A stretch of 46,201 nt of DNA, taken from the NCBI GenBank assembly GCA_965549635.1, contig CBEVHI010000001.1:1-46201 (forward strand). The letters are read 5' to 3'. Source of the stretch: an uncultured bacterium (GTDB taxonomy: Bacteria; Actinomycetota; Acidimicrobiia; Spongiisociales; UBA4744). Both the position numbers and the translations under genes were made by a program. The notes below the pieces were generated by a model. It made no database searches and was not told where the DNA came from. It was given only the letters and a program-made list of their open reading frames with translations. Positions 44,316-46,201 of the stretch are shown in pieces; position 1 is the stretch's first letter, and every line of letters starts with the position of its first letter.

Positions 44316-46201
44316 GAGAAGGTTGGTGCTTCGATCCGACCGCCGGCCTCCGAGCGTGCCGACGGCAGATGCTGCATCGATGTCTCCAGACCTTCCAGAA
44401 TCGTGAACATCGTGGCCGCCTCGAAGAGCGTGAGCACCGTGCCGGCCGACCCTGAGGCATCGAGCACCGAGAACGTCTCCGGATCGAGCGTCGCCGACCC
44501 TTCAGGTCCGCGATAGGAGACGGAACCGTTGAGATCGATCCGGTGCGTGGCGCCGTCGAATCTTCCCTCCATCGAACGAACCCCGTCGGCCTCGAACAAC
44601 ATGAAGGCGTTGTTCGCCTGTGCGAGGAAGTCATCTCTGTTGAGGTACAACCGCGGCTTGTCCCGATAAGGCTCACCCGCGGTGGGACAGAAGGTGACGC
44701 AGTTGCCGCACTCGTTACAGAAGTCGGTCAGTACGGCGATCTGGTATTCCTGATCGACCGACAACGTCGACCCGGGGCTGACATGCGTGGCGCCATCCTC
44801 GAACGACACCTTCGACAGTTCGAACGACCTCGGCTTCGTCGCATAGGTCATCAGCGCCATGTTCGGACACACTCCGACGCAGATGCTGCAGTACAGGTCG
44901 CAGTCCAGACAGCGCGAAGCCTCCGCTTTCGCCTCCTCGACCGTGTACGGGTAGGTCGATACGGCGAAGTTCTTCCTCTCTGCGACGGGCACGTGGGTGA
45001 TGGGAACCCGAAACTCTCGGTGGGCTTTGCGCACCTGGAGGTCCGCCACGTCGAACTCGGGCAAGGCACGCGGCTTGGGAGCGACCGCACCTCCCTGTCT
45101 GGCGATGATGGCCGCGGCCGCCGCTTTCCCGTCCGCGGCTGCCTTGACGATCGATGCGGGTCCCGAAGCTGCGACGTCCCCCGTCGCGAAGACTCCGGCT
45201 ACCGACGTCTCCATCGAGAACGGATCCACCGCCAGGTAGCCGCGGTCTGTCAACTGAGGCTGCTCATCGCCAAAGAAGTCGATGAGCGTGTGTTGACTGA
45301 TCGCAAGGATGAGCATGTCGAACGGAAGCTCGAACTCGGAGCCTTCGATCGTGTGGGGGATCTTGCGCCCTGAGGCGTCCCTGTCGCCCCGGTACTCGTT
45401 GCGAACACAGATGAGTCCGACAAGGGAACCATCCTCGATGTGCAGAGCGGCCGGACTCGCCAGTTCCTCGATGGCGATGCCTTCTTCTCGGAGGGCATGA
45501 ATCTCCTCGCGGTCGGCGGGCATCTGATCGATGGTCCGCCGGTACACAACCGTCACCTGATCGGCGCCGAGACGCCACGCCGTCCGGGCGCAGTCCATGG
45601 CGGTGTCTCCTGCACCGATGACGGCGACTCGCTTGCCGACCGGCACCGGGTGACCTTCTCTTGCCGCTCTCAAGAAGTGCAGGGCGTCCATCACGCCATC
45701 GGCATCCTCACCGGCGAGACCGAGTTTCTTTCCGATCTGCGCACCGGTGCCCACGATGATGTACCGGTAGCCCTGTCGGCGCAGGTCGGCAATCGCGAAG
45801 TGCTTGCCTGCAGTTTGCCCGTAGCGGATTTCGACCCCGAGCGATTCGAGGACGCGCAGATCCTTGTCGATCTCCGGCTGCGGCAGCCGGTATTCGGGAA
45901 TCGCTCCTGCGACCATGCCGCCCGGATACTGATGATGCTCGAAGATCGTCACCGAGTACCCGGCCATCGCCAGGAGTTGCGCTGCCGAAATGCCAGCCGG
46001 CCCCGCACCAATGATCGCAACCGGTATCCCGTTCGGTGGGGCTTGGGGCACCAGATCGGGATCTGCCTCGTGCTCCATGATGAACCGCTTCATGTCGCGG
46101 ATCGCCAGCGGTTCGTCGTAGTGGGTTCGAATGCACGTGTGCTCGCAGAGGTGGTCGCACACCTGACCGAGAATCGTCGGGATGGGATTGTCCTGGCGGG
46201 T
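44312..46201 (-). CDS. YgfK-like Fe-S flavoprotein (GltD/NADPH-dependent glutamate-synthase-beta-like domain plus ferredoxin-type C-terminal domain); 5' end beyond window
   Basis: The frame is open to base 46201 (TRQDNPIPTILGQVCDHLCEHTC, a GltD-type Cys cluster). Two dinucleotide folds follow (IIGAGPAGISAA, VIGAGDTAMDCA). The C-terminus has two 4Fe-4S motifs, CLDCDLYCSICVGVCP and CNECGNCVTFCP. Confidence 0.85.
   Translation of the reverse strand, partial: TRQDNPIPTILGQVCDHLCEHTCIRTHYDEPLAIRDMKRFIMEHEADPDLVPQAPPNGIPVAIIGAGPAGISAAQLLAMAGYSVTIFEHHQYPGGMVAGAIPEYRLPQPEIDKDLRVLESLGVEIRYGQTAGKHFAIADLRRQGYRYIIVGTGAQIGKKLGLAGEDADGVMDALHFLRAAREGHPVPVGKRVAVIGAGDTAMDCARTAWRLGADQVTVVYRRTIDQMPADREEIHALREEGIAIEELASPAALHIEDGSLVGLICVRNEYRGDRDASGRKIPHTIEGSEFELPFDMLILAISQHTLIDFFGDEQPQLTDRGYLAVDPFSMETSVAGVFATGDVAASGPASIVKAAADGKAAAAAIIARQGGAVAPKPRALPEFDVADLQVRKAHREFRVPITHVPVAERKNFAVSTYPYTVEEAKAEASRCLDCDLYCSICVGVCPNMALMTYATKPRSFELSKVSFEDGATHVSPGSTLSVDQEYQIAVLTDFCNECGNCVTFCPTAGEPYRDKPRLYLNRDDFLAQANNAFMLFEADGVRSMEGRFDGATHRIDLNGSVSYRGPEGSATLDPETFSVLDASGSAGTVLTLFEAATMFTILEGLETSMQHLPSARSEAGGRIEAPTFS

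Overview
GC-rich, actinobacterium-like chromosomal window. I saw no rRNA, tRNA, CRISPR array, transposase or integrase. About 40 genes are tightly packed, and many have ATGA/GTGA stop-start overlaps. The ORF-track starts are usually over-extended, so I re-set many from N-terminal family motifs, RBS position and overlap with the upstream stop. (1) Bases 1-23.6 kb are a housekeeping block, mostly on the minus strand, in the order relA-apt-secF-secD-yajC-tgt-queA-ruvB-ruvA-ruvC-yebC-pdxT-pdxS. It continues with phosphatidylinositol-mannoside lipid genes (GT4 PimA-like, acyltransferase, CDP-alcohol phosphatidyltransferase), an EF-G paralog, a mitochondrial-type citrate synthase, an MMPL transporter and thrS. 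A truncated prepilin-like gene sits at the left edge. (2) Bases 23.7-25.9 kb hold a small accessory trio: an APH-fold protein that looks catalytically dead, a zinc-ribbon membrane mini-protein and a patatin phospholipase. (3) Bases 25.9-46.2 kb are a purine-utilisation island. It encodes an adenine-deaminase-type enzyme, an 8-oxoguanine/guanine-deaminase-type amidohydrolase, a three-subunit molybdenum hydroxylase (FAD, 2Fe-2S, Mo), a membrane protein and a Zn-ADH. Next comes an operon with two divergent carbamoyltransferases, carbamate kinase, a ThrC-like and a CysK/CBS-like PLP enzyme. A BMP-type ABC importer and a YgfK-like Fe-S flavoprotein (cut by the right edge) complete it. The gene logic resembles the poorly understood enterobacterial ygeW-ygfK/xdhD purine region, but the parts list differs. 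The most unusual non-coding signal is a set of tandem GUA(C)-N3/4 heptad arrays on the mRNA strand. They lie in the leaders of apt, of the carbamoyltransferase/carbamate-kinase operon and of the CysK-like gene. In the operon leader the two arrays are also mutually complementary over 19 nt. I read these arrays as a candidate shared cis-regulatory element for purine salvage and catabolism.
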